A stretch of 64,000 nt of DNA from Takakia lepidozioides (Eukaryota; Plantae; Bryophyta): assembly GCA_030704615.1 (NCBI GenBank), contig CM060732.1:62372001-62436000 (forward strand), written 5' to 3'. Each line of letters starts with the position of its first letter. Position 1 is the stretch's first letter. The notes under the pieces were generated by a model. It saw only the letters and a list, made by a program, of their open reading frames with translations, was not told where the DNA came from and did no database searches. Below, one piece after another: positions 1-11,705 of this stretch. Both the position numbers and the translations under genes were made by a program.

Positions 1-1714
1 GGGTGGTGAATCTAAACCGGGCGCATGAATGGCTAGGATAGCACTTGCGGTGTGAGGCTTTGATTCTCTTGCAGGATGGTCGGTATTCTTTCCAGATTTT
101 TTCTCCACAGTGAGGGTCAAATCAAGTCTCACTCACTAGAAGAAATGCATGTAGCCGATGCACTCAAAAGGCTCAGTGCTGTGACCCATTAGATTCTTAA
201 AGGATACATCATATGAGTACCTTGGCCGGTTGCCTCCAAACGGCATACATCCATCTTATATAAATTATGAAAATCCTTAGACCTGGCTGTAGAAAGTGGG
301 TCGCAGTGAGTGGCACTATCTGTCGGGGCCATCCAGCTACTCGACAGGCAATGATTGCAGACAATGGGAGTGCATTTTCAGTGACAAACGGCTCTTTTGG
401 TGTTGGATGGAATGTGATATGACAGAATGGTACAACTTCAAGTGATCAGCAGATCTTTGAATGCTTCGTGAGGGTCCAAGGTTTCATGCCATACATCAAG
501 ATGTTGTGTTCCTTAAGAGGTGTCTGCCTTTTCTTCTCTTTCAGTGCGTTGCCCATGCCATCAGCACAAACGGGCTTTACGAGTTCCAGATACGACTTCC
601 GGTTTCCATTTACTGTTCCCATTTTGATTCTCTTGACTGTGTTTGGCCCTCCGGTGTATTTGCTCTGCCGCATATTTTCAGCGGCAGCTTAGGAGGGCTC
701 CCGTATCATGTGGGAATTCTTAGAATATCCCTGTGAACAAACAGAGAACAACTCGAATTAGAAGCTGCTGCATTGTCAAGTTCGTAGCGTTGGCTGGTCC
801 TTCCTGCAGACATCTGCACATGCTGACGTAAAACCAAAGAAAACCAAGTGACTCTTTGTGACTTGATACAAAGGATTGACACACGCGGGGTCCAAGGGTC
901 GTCAGAAAAGATCAATTATTTTAGCAGAACGTTGACCAGACGCAACAGCAATAGATCAACAAATCAACCTGAACAGTTTAAACTTGTAGCTGGGGATCAC
1001 TGAGCAATATAAACAGAAGGCATCCCTAGCCTGGGTAGCCACATCAATTCATTGAAACAGCTACAGTCCAGTCAGAAGAATTACTGGAGGTATGTGACCT
1101 GATCTTTCCTGTCTGTGGCAAACACTCTAGTCGTGGGTATTCGAACCCGGAAAAATATAATACCTACATTCCCCTGCCATGTTAATTGACTTAAGGAAGA
1201 TTCAATGGAATCATAATGGCGCGTCAGCTTTGAATTGTGACGAGGCCTTTGATACTTGAGAGCCTACTGAGAGTGGTATTTAGTCTCTACCTTGCAAGAG
1301 CTTACCGCAAGGGTCAGAACACAGGCCACAACTGTGTGTTACCCATTGTGTGGAGAGGACGTGAGATTTATTTGAAGATCCGCCAGGGCTGGAGTCGTAT
1401 CAGTAAGTTGGCTTTGGAGATTGGACATGAGAAGCTTAAGTAAGTAGTGCTCTTGTCAATTTTATGCCACTGGCTCTGTGCCTTACAAGGAATCTTAAGG
1501 CCCCCCAGTATCTGAAGTGACATTTGTCATGGTCAAGGTGTCCTATTGCACAAGTATAAACCAGACATCACCCAATTGAAACCCACCCTTGTTCTTTCGT
1601 TCTTTCCTATCTGTGGTAGAAAATTTTCTAGCGAAGGACTTCATAGGCAACCCATGTAATCCCTGCACACTGCAAGACCCATCACATGGTGTGATCTCCA
1701 TTCACTAACTTAAG

Positions 1715-1900
1715 TGTGGCATCAGTACGAGCTCTTCTACCCTCCCTTCCGCACTCATAGGGAGACTGCAGGTTTTTTAAGCTTTCGCCGGCTTACGACC
1801 TCAACCTCTGCAATGAAGCTTGCAGCCACTGGGCGGTGATCAAACATCACTGAGTGTCCGCATGTGTATGACAGCTCTCTTAAGCCTTTTGCCATACCAC
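1715..1900 (-). pseudogene. Decayed last coding exon of an inositol polyphosphate 5-phosphatase (CVP2/5PTase type)
   Basis: Manual translation gives WYG(+1 nt)KGLRELSYTCGHSVMFDHRPVAASFIAEVEVVSRRKLKK, matching the plant 5PTase C-terminal pattern (WYGKGL.QLSY.RGE...SDHRPV.A.F.AEVEV...KL). There is a frameshift after WYG and probably another after KK. No upstream exons were found. Confidence 0.7.
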
Positions 1901-2063
1901 ATGCAAATGCTCTTTCATGGCAGGGCAGCTAAGTAGCACAGATGTGGTCCTGTAAATTAAGGACAAGGCAGGCCAAGGAGTTATTGGGTGAAAATTGCAC
2001 ATGATGCATTTGGCTCCATGTTTTAGTTGAAACAGCCATACTGCAAGGACGAAGGCTACACAT

Positions 2064-2300
2064 CAGTGGTGGACTGGTATCGTGTTTTGAACATACTAGG
2101 GAAGCACTGGTAGTGGGAAAAACCTGATATTTTGAATACCATGTAGTGGTATCAACAACACATTATTGGTGTGGTGTATTAAATACTGGTATCAATAGCA
2201 AGAGTTTTGAAAACCAATAGGAGGGCCTTATCAATACTGGTGTGGTATAAAACAAACTCACTACATATTGATATTACTTGCGCGCTTGATAACAAACTCA
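2064..2300 (+). mobile_element. Left-end fragment of the hAT-type MITE family seen intact at 62479-63111
   Basis: CAGTGGTGGACTGGTAT at 2064 differs at 1 nt from the TIR CAGTGTTGGACTGGTAT and is followed by TGGTAT/ATACT-rich subterminal sequence. No right TIR found; the end coordinate is approximate. Confidence 0.45.
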
Positions 2301-2604
2301 TTCATAACAACCTAATTTCCACTTCACTTAACTGTGTGGAAAAATTAGCTTTGGACGAAAGCCGCCAAGAATACCACAAAGGGTCGTAACGTAGAGGCTA
2401 AGAATCCTGCTATCAAGTGCATTTCTGGAGTTTTGTTGATTTCTCACTGTAGTGGAGTATGCCTTGGTCTAGCCAGGTTGGTTGGGCAGAAAAGCTAAAT
2501 AGTACTGTGCCTTGCATACATGAGGGCATAGGAGTGCTCGTTGTTTTTTGGAGCAATTAAAGACAGGCTTTGCATTAGCAAAGCTGCCACAGAAGACGAA
2601 AGGC

Positions 2605-2770
2605 TGCAGTCAGGCAAAATTTGAAATATATTGGGATTACACCGGAGGGGGGGGTGACATGATCAAAGTGACATGGAACCGGGTGACATTGGGGTGACAG
2701 GTGACACGGAAGGGAATGAATTACTCCACTCGGTGTAACTCCCACTTGGTCTCGAAATTTGACTAAGTCC
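2605..2770. repeat. Small degenerate inverted-repeat element (MITE-like) with internal GTGACA repeats
   Basis: Imperfect inverted ends (caaaatttgaaatatattgggattacaccgg vs cggtgtaactcccacttggtctcgaaatttg) around five GTGACA motifs. Confidence 0.4.
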
Positions 2771-4067
2771 AAATTTGGCCAAGTATAAAACGTACTAAGA
2801 AGAGTTAGACATGAACCACTGGAGGAGCTGCAGTCCCTGAGAACTAGTTCAACAGGGAGATTGCAACGACGAGAGTAATGTGAAGTAAATGCCTCCTCCC
2901 ATTAGATTTTGGTAGCTTATCTGCATTGCCAGTCTTCTTTTTGAAGATCCATGGACAAGGAGGTGTGGAGTAGGCTACCGTGCGACTTACTGGACAAAGT
3001 GTTGGCATGCGTACGTTGTAGAGATCTCTTCCGCTTACTGACGGTGACTCACGGAAAGTGTTAGTATTTGACACTACAAAAATCATGGGAGAGACTTGCC
3101 TGTGATTGTCAGTACATTAGGGCGCTCAAGCCTGGAAAGTTTTGTATAGGGATAAACGTGTAATGTTCAATGATCATTTCATGGATCACAGTTGCAAGTT
3201 TTATACTCTCGGTTAAGTTTAGTGTGCAAGACATGTGGGGGGAATCAAGGCAATGTTCAACTCTGAGTTGTGGGCCTGCACGGAGGAGGCTTTGGCAAGG
3301 TGGGTTGTCGTTCCTGCATCTCCTTCCAAGGCCACATCTCCATTCTTTCCATATCTTTCCATCAAAAGTGCGAACTGCAGATCAGGGAAGGTTAACTAGT
3401 CTCTGTAATGTCACCCTGAAGCTTCTCTTGTGCGACATTGGGCACTGAGATGTTGCGCTAACTTACACTATGTTTTTATTGGCTCTGTCCCGCAAGGGAT
3501 AGAGGCATTGTGGAGACATCTTGCTAGGCGGAGAACTAGGCTTATCCATTAAGCCTAGTCTATAGAGGGTTGGTGGGCATGATTCATGAAGCCATGGAAA
3601 TCTGGGAAGGAAAGAGCAAGGACAGAGCCTCTTGTGGCAGAGCCGCTTGTTTATTTCTAAAATATATGGAACAATCTCTTATGCTCACGAGCTACCCAGC
3701 CTCTCTTTCTTGTTTCTCTCCAACATGTAGATCTTACTGAAGTTGAAGGCCAAGCCATTTGACTCGAACCATTCTTTATTGCGACCAAACCTGCAATTGA
3801 TTTCCATCTATTGTCATCCTCAACATTTGTGTCACAGTAAAAAAGAAACAACCTGGTAATTTCATAGATGGGTTAGAGTACACAAGTACTGTTGTATTCT
3901 ATCTTTGTCCTCAAGAGAATGCAAAATTAATCTCGATCCCAAATCATTTGGTACTAGACTCAGGAGATTAGCCTTGACACATTAGGACATTGATGCAACC
4001 AATGTAATAGACCAAAATAGCGGGTATTCCATTTGTTGCTCACATCCTATAGGCAGTTTCTAACTAA

Positions 4068-7000
4068 CTAACTGCTCATATATGTGTAGGAGCTCAGGCA
4101 CCGCTTGTAGTTAGCCAGCAATGTGTGCGCCTCCTCTTGGGACAAGTTCCCAGTTGCCACATCAGCATCAGCCTGGGCCTGCAGCTGGTACAGTAGGTCT
4201 GAAGCCACATGGTGAGTCCCACATAGCACTTGCGCTGCACTCTGCCCATGCAGCACCTGATCAAAGGCAAATGCACCACCCCCCCTCGCTCGCACATGCA
4301 CTACATGTATGCTGCCAAACAGGTTGTGAGCACTACCCAACACCTCCTGCACCCCACACACCAGAGCAACACCTGTGATGATCCACAAGACCAGATCGAC
4401 TGTATGTTGTGCAGCCAGTGTACCATTGCTTAAGTTCCCACAGACATCATACAGATTGTAGGAAAGTATGGGCTGCATATGCAACTCTTCATAATCAAGA
4501 TGTCAGTACAGATCCTCATGTTTGCTCACATCTGCAGAACCGTCAACAGTTTTTCGACGATACTTCTTATGATGGTACCTGGAGCAACTCATGGCCACTC
4601 TTAGAGATAAGTCCTTTGGTTCATTATTTCCAGTGAAATAGGAGATTCAGTAAAGTCTTAGAAAGATCCCTTAAGGCTTCCCTTGAAATTAGGATCTCAT
4701 CTTCCACGCCCTGATCTCTGTCATAATAGAGAACAACTACCACTACATGGCACCAATACTTCCCCATTATTGTGCCCATACCCAGCATAAATGCTCTGTC
4801 AGCGACCCCACAGCCATTCAAGATAGGCCCCACAGCACAAGAAGCATACACAAAGCCAGGACTTACCTGGTAGACACCCCCAAGAAACAATCCCAGGTAG
4901 TACGCCTCTCCTTTACGAAGATCATGCACAGGCAGCACACTGCTGATGTCACCGGAGGCATCAAGAAAGCGATCAATCTTGCCATCACTGTCACATGTCA
5001 AGTCAGCTAGTGTGGCCTGTGTAGTGGGCCTTTCTGTCAAGCGATGCAACGGCATGATGGGGAAGATTTGACTGATGGCCCATGAATCAGGGGCAGAGCG
5101 GAACACAGACAAATTGACATGGTATACAGTAGCCAGAGACCGGCGAAGCTCATCAGGGAGCTGTGGTGCAAATGCCAGCACTTGCCGGCAGACACAGTCA
5201 TACAAGGTTTCTGCTTCCGCACGCTGCTCCAAGCTGAGGCACCCCAATTTGAATAAGTTGCCTGCCTCCTCCTTCAACTGCTTTGCATCATTATAAACTT
5301 CCTGCGAATTATCCTTCTCCATACTGCTGTATACCTGCCACCATCCCATCCCAGCAACTCCCTGAGCCACCCTCATCTGGGCCACACTGGGGAAGGTGGT
5401 GCAGCGATAGCACACAATGGGTAGGCAATGCAAGATTTGCCAACTAAAACTAACAGCTGCATAAGCAATTTGACGACTCCTACTATTCCTGACTCTGGTG
5501 TATGGGAATGAGCTAAACTCATTACAAAATTTGATTATCCCATATACTCGCATATTTAAAGGTATCCAAGAAAGAAGTATGTGTGCACTTCTCTGTGACA
5601 TTGACACAACCAAAACACCTCAGTACCTGATAAAATGTGGACAACAAGTAATCTCCAGCATCCTGTGTCTGCACATGAGATGTGCCTTGGCCCTCCCTTG
5701 CTGAACCCGGGCATCCACTTGCACTTTGGGCCAATTTGTTGTTGAGTGGCACAGGGTGGTGAGGGTGGTGGCTGGCACTCAATACATCGAACACAAGCAC
5801 CGCGGAATGTGACGCCAAAGCTCGCCCACTCTCTGAGAGAATGACCGGCTCTGGCACGCCTTTGAGAAGGCAGGCATCCATCAGCGCAGCAACCACATCA
5901 TTTGCATAGTTCTGCACCCCCCGCGAAAACGCTCCTGCTTCATACCATTCCACCAGCCATAAACCAGATCACGGGGACAAATCACACTTCCAGGACCTGG
6001 TTGAGCTAAAGAAAAGATTGTGAGCCGATACTTCTGGAAAGGAATAGTGATGCCGCATAGTATCACTTTAATGTATCTTCTCTCTGCATGTAGCCAAGAG
6101 GGCCCAGTGAAGGCAGACACTATTCACTCTATGAATCAAGATCTTGGCCTAACTCCTACAGTGGAGCAGTTTGATGGCATGGTCTTCTTGGCCATGCAGG
6201 GCAATTGGTTGAGCCTGCACCATGTACAAGACTTGCAACCCCTATCACAGAAGGTCAATTGAAAGATGAAGGCAGGTGAGGACACCATGCAAGGCAGGAC
6301 AGCAGTGAGAGTTGTTGCAGATTTAGAACCAAGGAGGCATTTCAGCACACTCCATTGTGCGTCTCTTGCATAAGTGCATCAATATGAAAGTTCTAGCAGA
6401 GGGAAAGCAGGTGCCTACCCACATTATCCAAGTGGATTCGTGCTATACATCTTTTGCCACAACACATACATCAACATGCATGCCAGTGCAGGAGCAGTAT
6501 GGATGCACACCCAACAAAATGCCTGAGGGTAGGATATGCCAAGCAGGGCTACTGTTGGGAGGCATTTGAAATCTATAAGCAAACGATGCCAGCAGGGGCA
6601 GCACATATTCATTTGCATTCTCAAGGCATGTGGTGGTCTGGCAGTCCTGGAAACGGTCAATGACTCTTCCATGATGACACCATGAAAGCTGGAACTGTAC
6701 CAAATCCAATCTTGGAACTACCCTCTGCGACATGTATGCCAAATAAAGGAGTGAATGGAGGCTTTGGAGATCCATTGAGCAAATGATGCGGCAAGGGGGT
6801 GAAGCAAGACTCAGTCACTTTCATTTATGTTTGCAATACATGTCCCGTCCTGGCAGACCTGGAAGAGGGACAACATGTCCATTCTGAAATGATGAAAGCT
6901 GGAATAGACCAAATATCATCTTGAACACTATCCTTGTCGAGATGCATGCCGAATGCAGTAGTCTTAATGATGGCTAAGGGAGTGTTTGGCGATATAAAGA

Positions 7001-9968
7001 ACAAGACGTGTTGTCATGGGATGTGATGATCACAGAATATGCCCAGCATGGGTGTGGGACTGAGGCTTTAGAGACCTTCGAGCAAATGATGCAGGGAAAG
7101 GGTGAAGACCAATCAGGTCAGCATTTGTTGGTAGTCACATATTTGAAGTAATGCACAATGTGTTATGAGGCCCAGCTTCGAAATCATTACCTGAAAGATG
7201 GGGTGGAGGACTATATATGTCCACACAGTGAGAGAAAGGTGTTAGTAAGAAAACCATACTTGCTGCAGCCATGCAATCCCATACCCAGCACCCAGTTTTG
7301 ATGAGCAAGCTTACCACAAGGAGGGGCTGAACAGGTGGGCATGCAAGAACCGTAACACACATATGAGAGAAAAGGAAACCACACCTGCATACTGTAATTG
7401 GCAGAAGAACTTGACTGGCTTTTAGTACCATCATAGTCGATTCCCAGTCCTCCTCCGACATCAATGTAACCCTGTATGGTACAGGTGGAAACATAAAAAT
7501 ATATACATGCAAAATGGGACATACATGCATGTAATCAGGGTAGTTTTGCCTATGCACAGTAAGAGAGATTTCATACAGACATACAGGAAACATAAGGGGT
7601 GGGGGACATAGAGGGCTACCATAGGTGCACCCATGCGAGCCAGCTCACAGTAGGTGTGGCTCCCCTCCCGCATGGCTTCCTTGATAATGGAAATCGAGGA
7701 AATCTGTGATCCGATATGGAAATGCAGCAGCTGCAGGCAGTCCAACATGCCTTCCTGCAGTTTGTCCACATCAGAACTGTGACCAGACTAGGTTGTGATG
7801 CATGCACTGATCAATCTTGATACCTTGTTTTTTGTTATGGTAGGCTGACCAAGACAATTAGCAGGTTCCATCAATTTAGTGTTCAGTTTTTTCAAAAACA
7901 CATACAAGCAAGCACCAGGAAGTAATACCAGGTTGAACAACTGCATAGAACGCACCTGCCTCAGCCGGTGCACAACAGCAACAATCTCATTGACAGTGAG
8001 GCCAAACTTGGCATTGTCACCAGATGTGTCACCCCAGTGTCCACTGTGTTTTGTGCTGAGCTTGGCACGCACACCCAGGTGAGGCTGGACCCCTAGCCGG
8101 GCGCAGCAGGAAATTATCTCTTCCAGCTCCTCCATCTGCCATACCACTTCTACCCTTTGCTTATTATCATCCATTCACGTGGCCACCAGCCTAGCCAAGT
8201 TGCCCAACGCCATAATGGAAACTGTGTGAAAGGCATAGTGCACCTGCTCTAGGACCAGCACGGCATGAACGCCCAGTCGTCTGGCTAACAGCACAGTCTC
8301 AACATACACTGCATCCTGCACACGCTACTAAAGCTTATCTCCAGCAGAGAGTTGAGGGAATATCACAGGACAGATATGCTTCACCAACAAGTAGGCCACA
8401 TCAGCATCTCTAATGGTTGAGCAAAATCACATAAGTGCACTACTTCAAAATTTAAACACAGAAACCAAAAATCAAGTTGCGCTACACATTCACACTCTTT
8501 GAGAATAGAGAAGCTCAGATTGAGATGGGTGACCAAAGATTTGCAGATCTAGGAGCAGAATAAGAGTAGTCACTCACTCATGATAGGAGTGAAGCAAAGA
8601 CGACAGACAGAGTCGGCAAGGGTTGATGGTATGCCTTGTATCCGTTGCAGATGAGCAGTGCGCCATGTCTACTGCTCAACTTGGCTATGGCTATCAGTAG
8701 CTCTGGCTTCGAACCCACCTCCAATCCAAACCCAAACTCAACAATACGCTCCAACAAATATCGCTCATGGTTGCACTTGATGGGGAACACCCCCTGAAAC
8801 TCCCGCTGTCCATCCATTCCCAAGCCTCTCAAAACCCTATACCCTAGACCATGGTTTCATCCTCTCATTCCGGAAGAGCACACAACCAACCTCACTGAAA
8901 AAAGACAACTCCCAATATTTAATGTTGAGGCAATCCTACTTCAAGCCATGTTATCAGGATATGAGGGGGTAGCATACACACCCCACGACAGTAGTACCCT
9001 GATTGCTAAGGGCCCAACAACCCCAACAACCCAGTTCAGGGTTTAACAACCTTCCCCTTCCTTCCAATGAGTCAAAGTTCCTTCAGCAATCTCTGAGAGT
9101 AGGATATTGCAAAGTAATTTAACTATGTGAGTGCAAAGATGTCTAAAGCCTGTGAGGCCAGCCCTCCCCCATAGCACAAACGGGTTCAGGTTTAGTGTTG
9201 AAGTTGTGGAGCAGACAGAAAGTTTTAAGGCAAAACCTGGTAACCAAATTTGGAAATGGCCGAGGAGAAGCACCCTTGCAGCTCCAGCATGCGCTGATGC
9301 AGTATCTCAGGAAACCGCAGCAATAGCGGAGGGTGTAGCTGCTGTGCTGCCAGCGCCTCTATCACTGCCACCGTATCCACTTCATCCTTCCCTGCAACCT
9401 CCACGTCAAAATCTTCCCACTTCTCCTACACTCCTCTGAATTGCCCAGGCATTGTTCTGTCCGTCCACAAGTAACGCTATGTTCTCAAAGCGATATAATT
9501 ACTAAAGGAAGGCTAAGAAAAATCTTTCAGCATTACAAGACGAAATGGAACATGACTACCTTCAGCACGGCCTGAAGGGCGGACGCAGAGATGGCCAAGA
9601 GGGTTTATGGCAAAATAGGGAGCGCCCCATCCATGAACTCGATACAGCAAAGCACTGTCCTGCTCCGTCCAGCCCTGGTCGCTACCTCCAACTATCTCCA
9701 CAGCCTCTTGGTTGGTTCCAGATAGCTTGCTTGTCACAGAACCAAGTACTTGCCCCCCCCTGTTCCCTGATGATGATTCACAGATGCTTACAGTCCTCAC
9801 GCTGGGTGGCTTTCGGGCTGATACAGAAATGCAGCACCTGGCTGCAGAGATCAGTCGTGATGCACCCAGACATATCTTGCGCCGGTCAACAAGAATCGGA
9901 ATTCTTTCTGATGACAGTAATAGCCTGGGACAAAGATAACTCCTGGGCGTTGCTAAAACCAACGCCAT
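4068..9968 (-). CDS. ADC: Arginine decarboxylase (SpeA-type, PLP-dependent), 10 exons, ~744 aa, putative plastid transit peptide
   Basis: Exons 9968-9560, 9391-9274, 8836-8635, 8315-8244, 8135-7956, 7754-7620, 7471-7385, 5911-5627, 5334-4867 and 4346-4068 splice into one open frame. Motifs: [29 protein letters not shown] (PLP Lys), [89 protein letters not shown]. The N-terminus is S/R-rich. The exon 3 acceptor is the least certain boundary. Confidence 0.93.
6351..7135 (+). pseudogene. PLS-class pentatricopeptide repeat (PPR) pseudogene, antisense inside ADC intron 7
   Basis: Fragments [51 protein letters not shown] and [30 protein letters not shown] match P/L/S PPR motif consensus. Multiple stops and frameshifts. 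Confidence 0.85.
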
Positions 9969-10757
9969 TTCAAAATTTGTGTTGCCTAACGGATTCCACA
10001 GAAAGCAGTACGTCTGTCAAATGCTCCACTCACCCGGTCACTCACAGGCAATATGAAGCAGAACCCATATGGTGCAGCCATGAGAAAGACGGAAGGCAGC
10101 AATGCAGGGGTGCGCATTGACAGTGTTGTGCATGGACCACATTCTTGGCAGCCCCAGTCTTGCCTGCAGAGCCCCTCATACAAGCTCCAGCCTCCAAAGT
10201 CCTTCCTACAGGCAGCGCTCTAGCAGCATCCACATCGCTTATAGAGTATAACTACTTGTGGTGATTTTCTGAATGAGCCTGCTTCAAGATTAAGAACAAA
10301 ATGTGGCTTACTGGATTTGAACCCAGACGTTGGTTGCGCTGGAGGCCTTCTGCAGGAACAGGTGGAACCTCCTCTCTCTCTCTCTCGGATGCAACGCGAC
10401 AAGAAACAGAGATGACGAATCGCAGATGCGTTTGCGCTGCAAAACATGAATCCCAATCACAGTCACAACGATGGGATTACGGACAGTTACTTATCAAGAA
10501 TTGCTTGTTTGATGCCACGGCTGCAGATGCAACGTTGCCAATAATCTTCTGCAACATGCACGGACTGGACAGATGGCCTTACCACTCATACTTACACCTC
10601 CGGGAACAGTGTGTGAGGCGTGTGAGAAAGAGAACGGGACAGGTGACGAATTGAGAGAGATATCTGCCCGAACGAATTCGAGTTGGAGAGAAGGAGAGGC
10701 TGAGGATTTGGGTGTATTGGCTTTGTTTTGTCTTCGTTAAGTGGATTGATTTCAAGC

Positions 10758-11705
10758 ATGGGCGCCCAGATTTCTAAGCAGAAGAATGTGATTGCAGAGG
10801 AGAAGCAGCTCAAGAGTAGAGAGCAGTCAGAGGGCACCAACTTTCCAGGGTGCAATTACCAGCACCCAAATCACAAAGAATGGATGTCTACATTGCAGCT
10901 TGACAAGATGACAGCAGGAGACATATTGTGGCCAGGCACGCACGATTCTGCGACCAACAAGATAGGGATCCCCTGGATTTCCAGACCATTTGCACGGTGC
11001 CAGAAGCTGTCAATTTACCAACAGCTTGTGAACGGGGCAAGGGTGCTGGACATCCGCGTGCAGCAGGATAGAAAAGTATGTCACGGCCCTCTAAAAAGTT
11101 ACCTTGTGGATGTGGTGGTCAACGATCTCAAGAAATTCTTGGGAGAAACCAAGTCTGAGTTCATTATCCTCGAGATCCGAACCGAGTTCCAGTACTCGGA
11201 CCCCCCAGATTTTGATAAGTGGCTTATTGAGCAGCTTGGAGAGCATCTCATTCCACAAGACGAGAAGCTATTCCATAAAACCTTGCTGGAGTTGCTACCC
11301 AAGAGAGTTTTCTGTGTGTGGAAACCGCAGCAGGCGCCCGCACCTTCTCCTGGCAGCCCACTTTGGAGTTCTGCATATCTGAAAGACAACTGGATCGACA
11401 CCGACCTCCCTCTCACCAAGTTCAATTCCAACTTGGATTACCTTGGGAAGCAAGAACCCAATGACAAAAGAATGTACTTTTACAGAATTGAGCACACAGC
11501 AACTCCCCAACTAAGTGGCCCCGTCCTCTGTGTTTATCCAGTCACCAACCGTATCCGAGGGTATGCACGTTTGTTTGTTTCCGAGGTTTTCAAGCAAGGA
11601 ATGGGAGACAGGCTGCAGATCTTGGTGGAGGATTTTGTGGAAAAGGATTTCATTGACGCCTGCATTGGGGTCACAATTGCACGGTTCTCGAATGATCCCC
11701 TTTGA
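10758..11705 (+). CDS. PI-PLC X-domain (PLC-like phosphodiesterase) protein, 315 aa, intronless
   Basis: ORF from ATG 10758. Motifs WPGTHDSAT (catalytic His), ARCQKLSIYQQLVNGARVLDIRV, VCHG (second His) and SEFIILEIRTEF are typical of the plant bacterial-like PI-PLC-X family. Confidence 0.9.
   Translation: MGAQISKQKNVIAEEKQLKSREQSEGTNFPGCNYQHPNHKEWMSTLQLDKMTAGDILWPGTHDSATNKIGIPWISRPFARCQKLSIYQQLVNGARVLDIRVQQDRKVCHGPLKSYLVDVVVNDLKKFLGETKSEFIILEIRTEFQYSDPPDFDKWLIEQLGEHLIPQDEKLFHKTLLELLPKRVFCVWKPQQAPAPSPGSPLWSSAYLKDNWIDTDLPLTKFNSNLDYLGKQEPNDKRMYFYRIEHTATPQLSGPVLCVYPVTNRIRGYARLFVSEVFKQGMGDRLQILVEDFVEKDFIDACIGVTIARFSNDPL

Noticed and set aside
1-915. Short ORFs at 446-915 and a possible terminal exon (ttgcag|DGRYSFQIFSPQ*) at 75-113
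   Set aside because: No recognisable motif, and the upstream context lies outside the window.
9545-10120. 191-aa plus-strand ORF
   Set aside because: Antisense shadow of ADC exon 1 and its leader, with no protein-family features.
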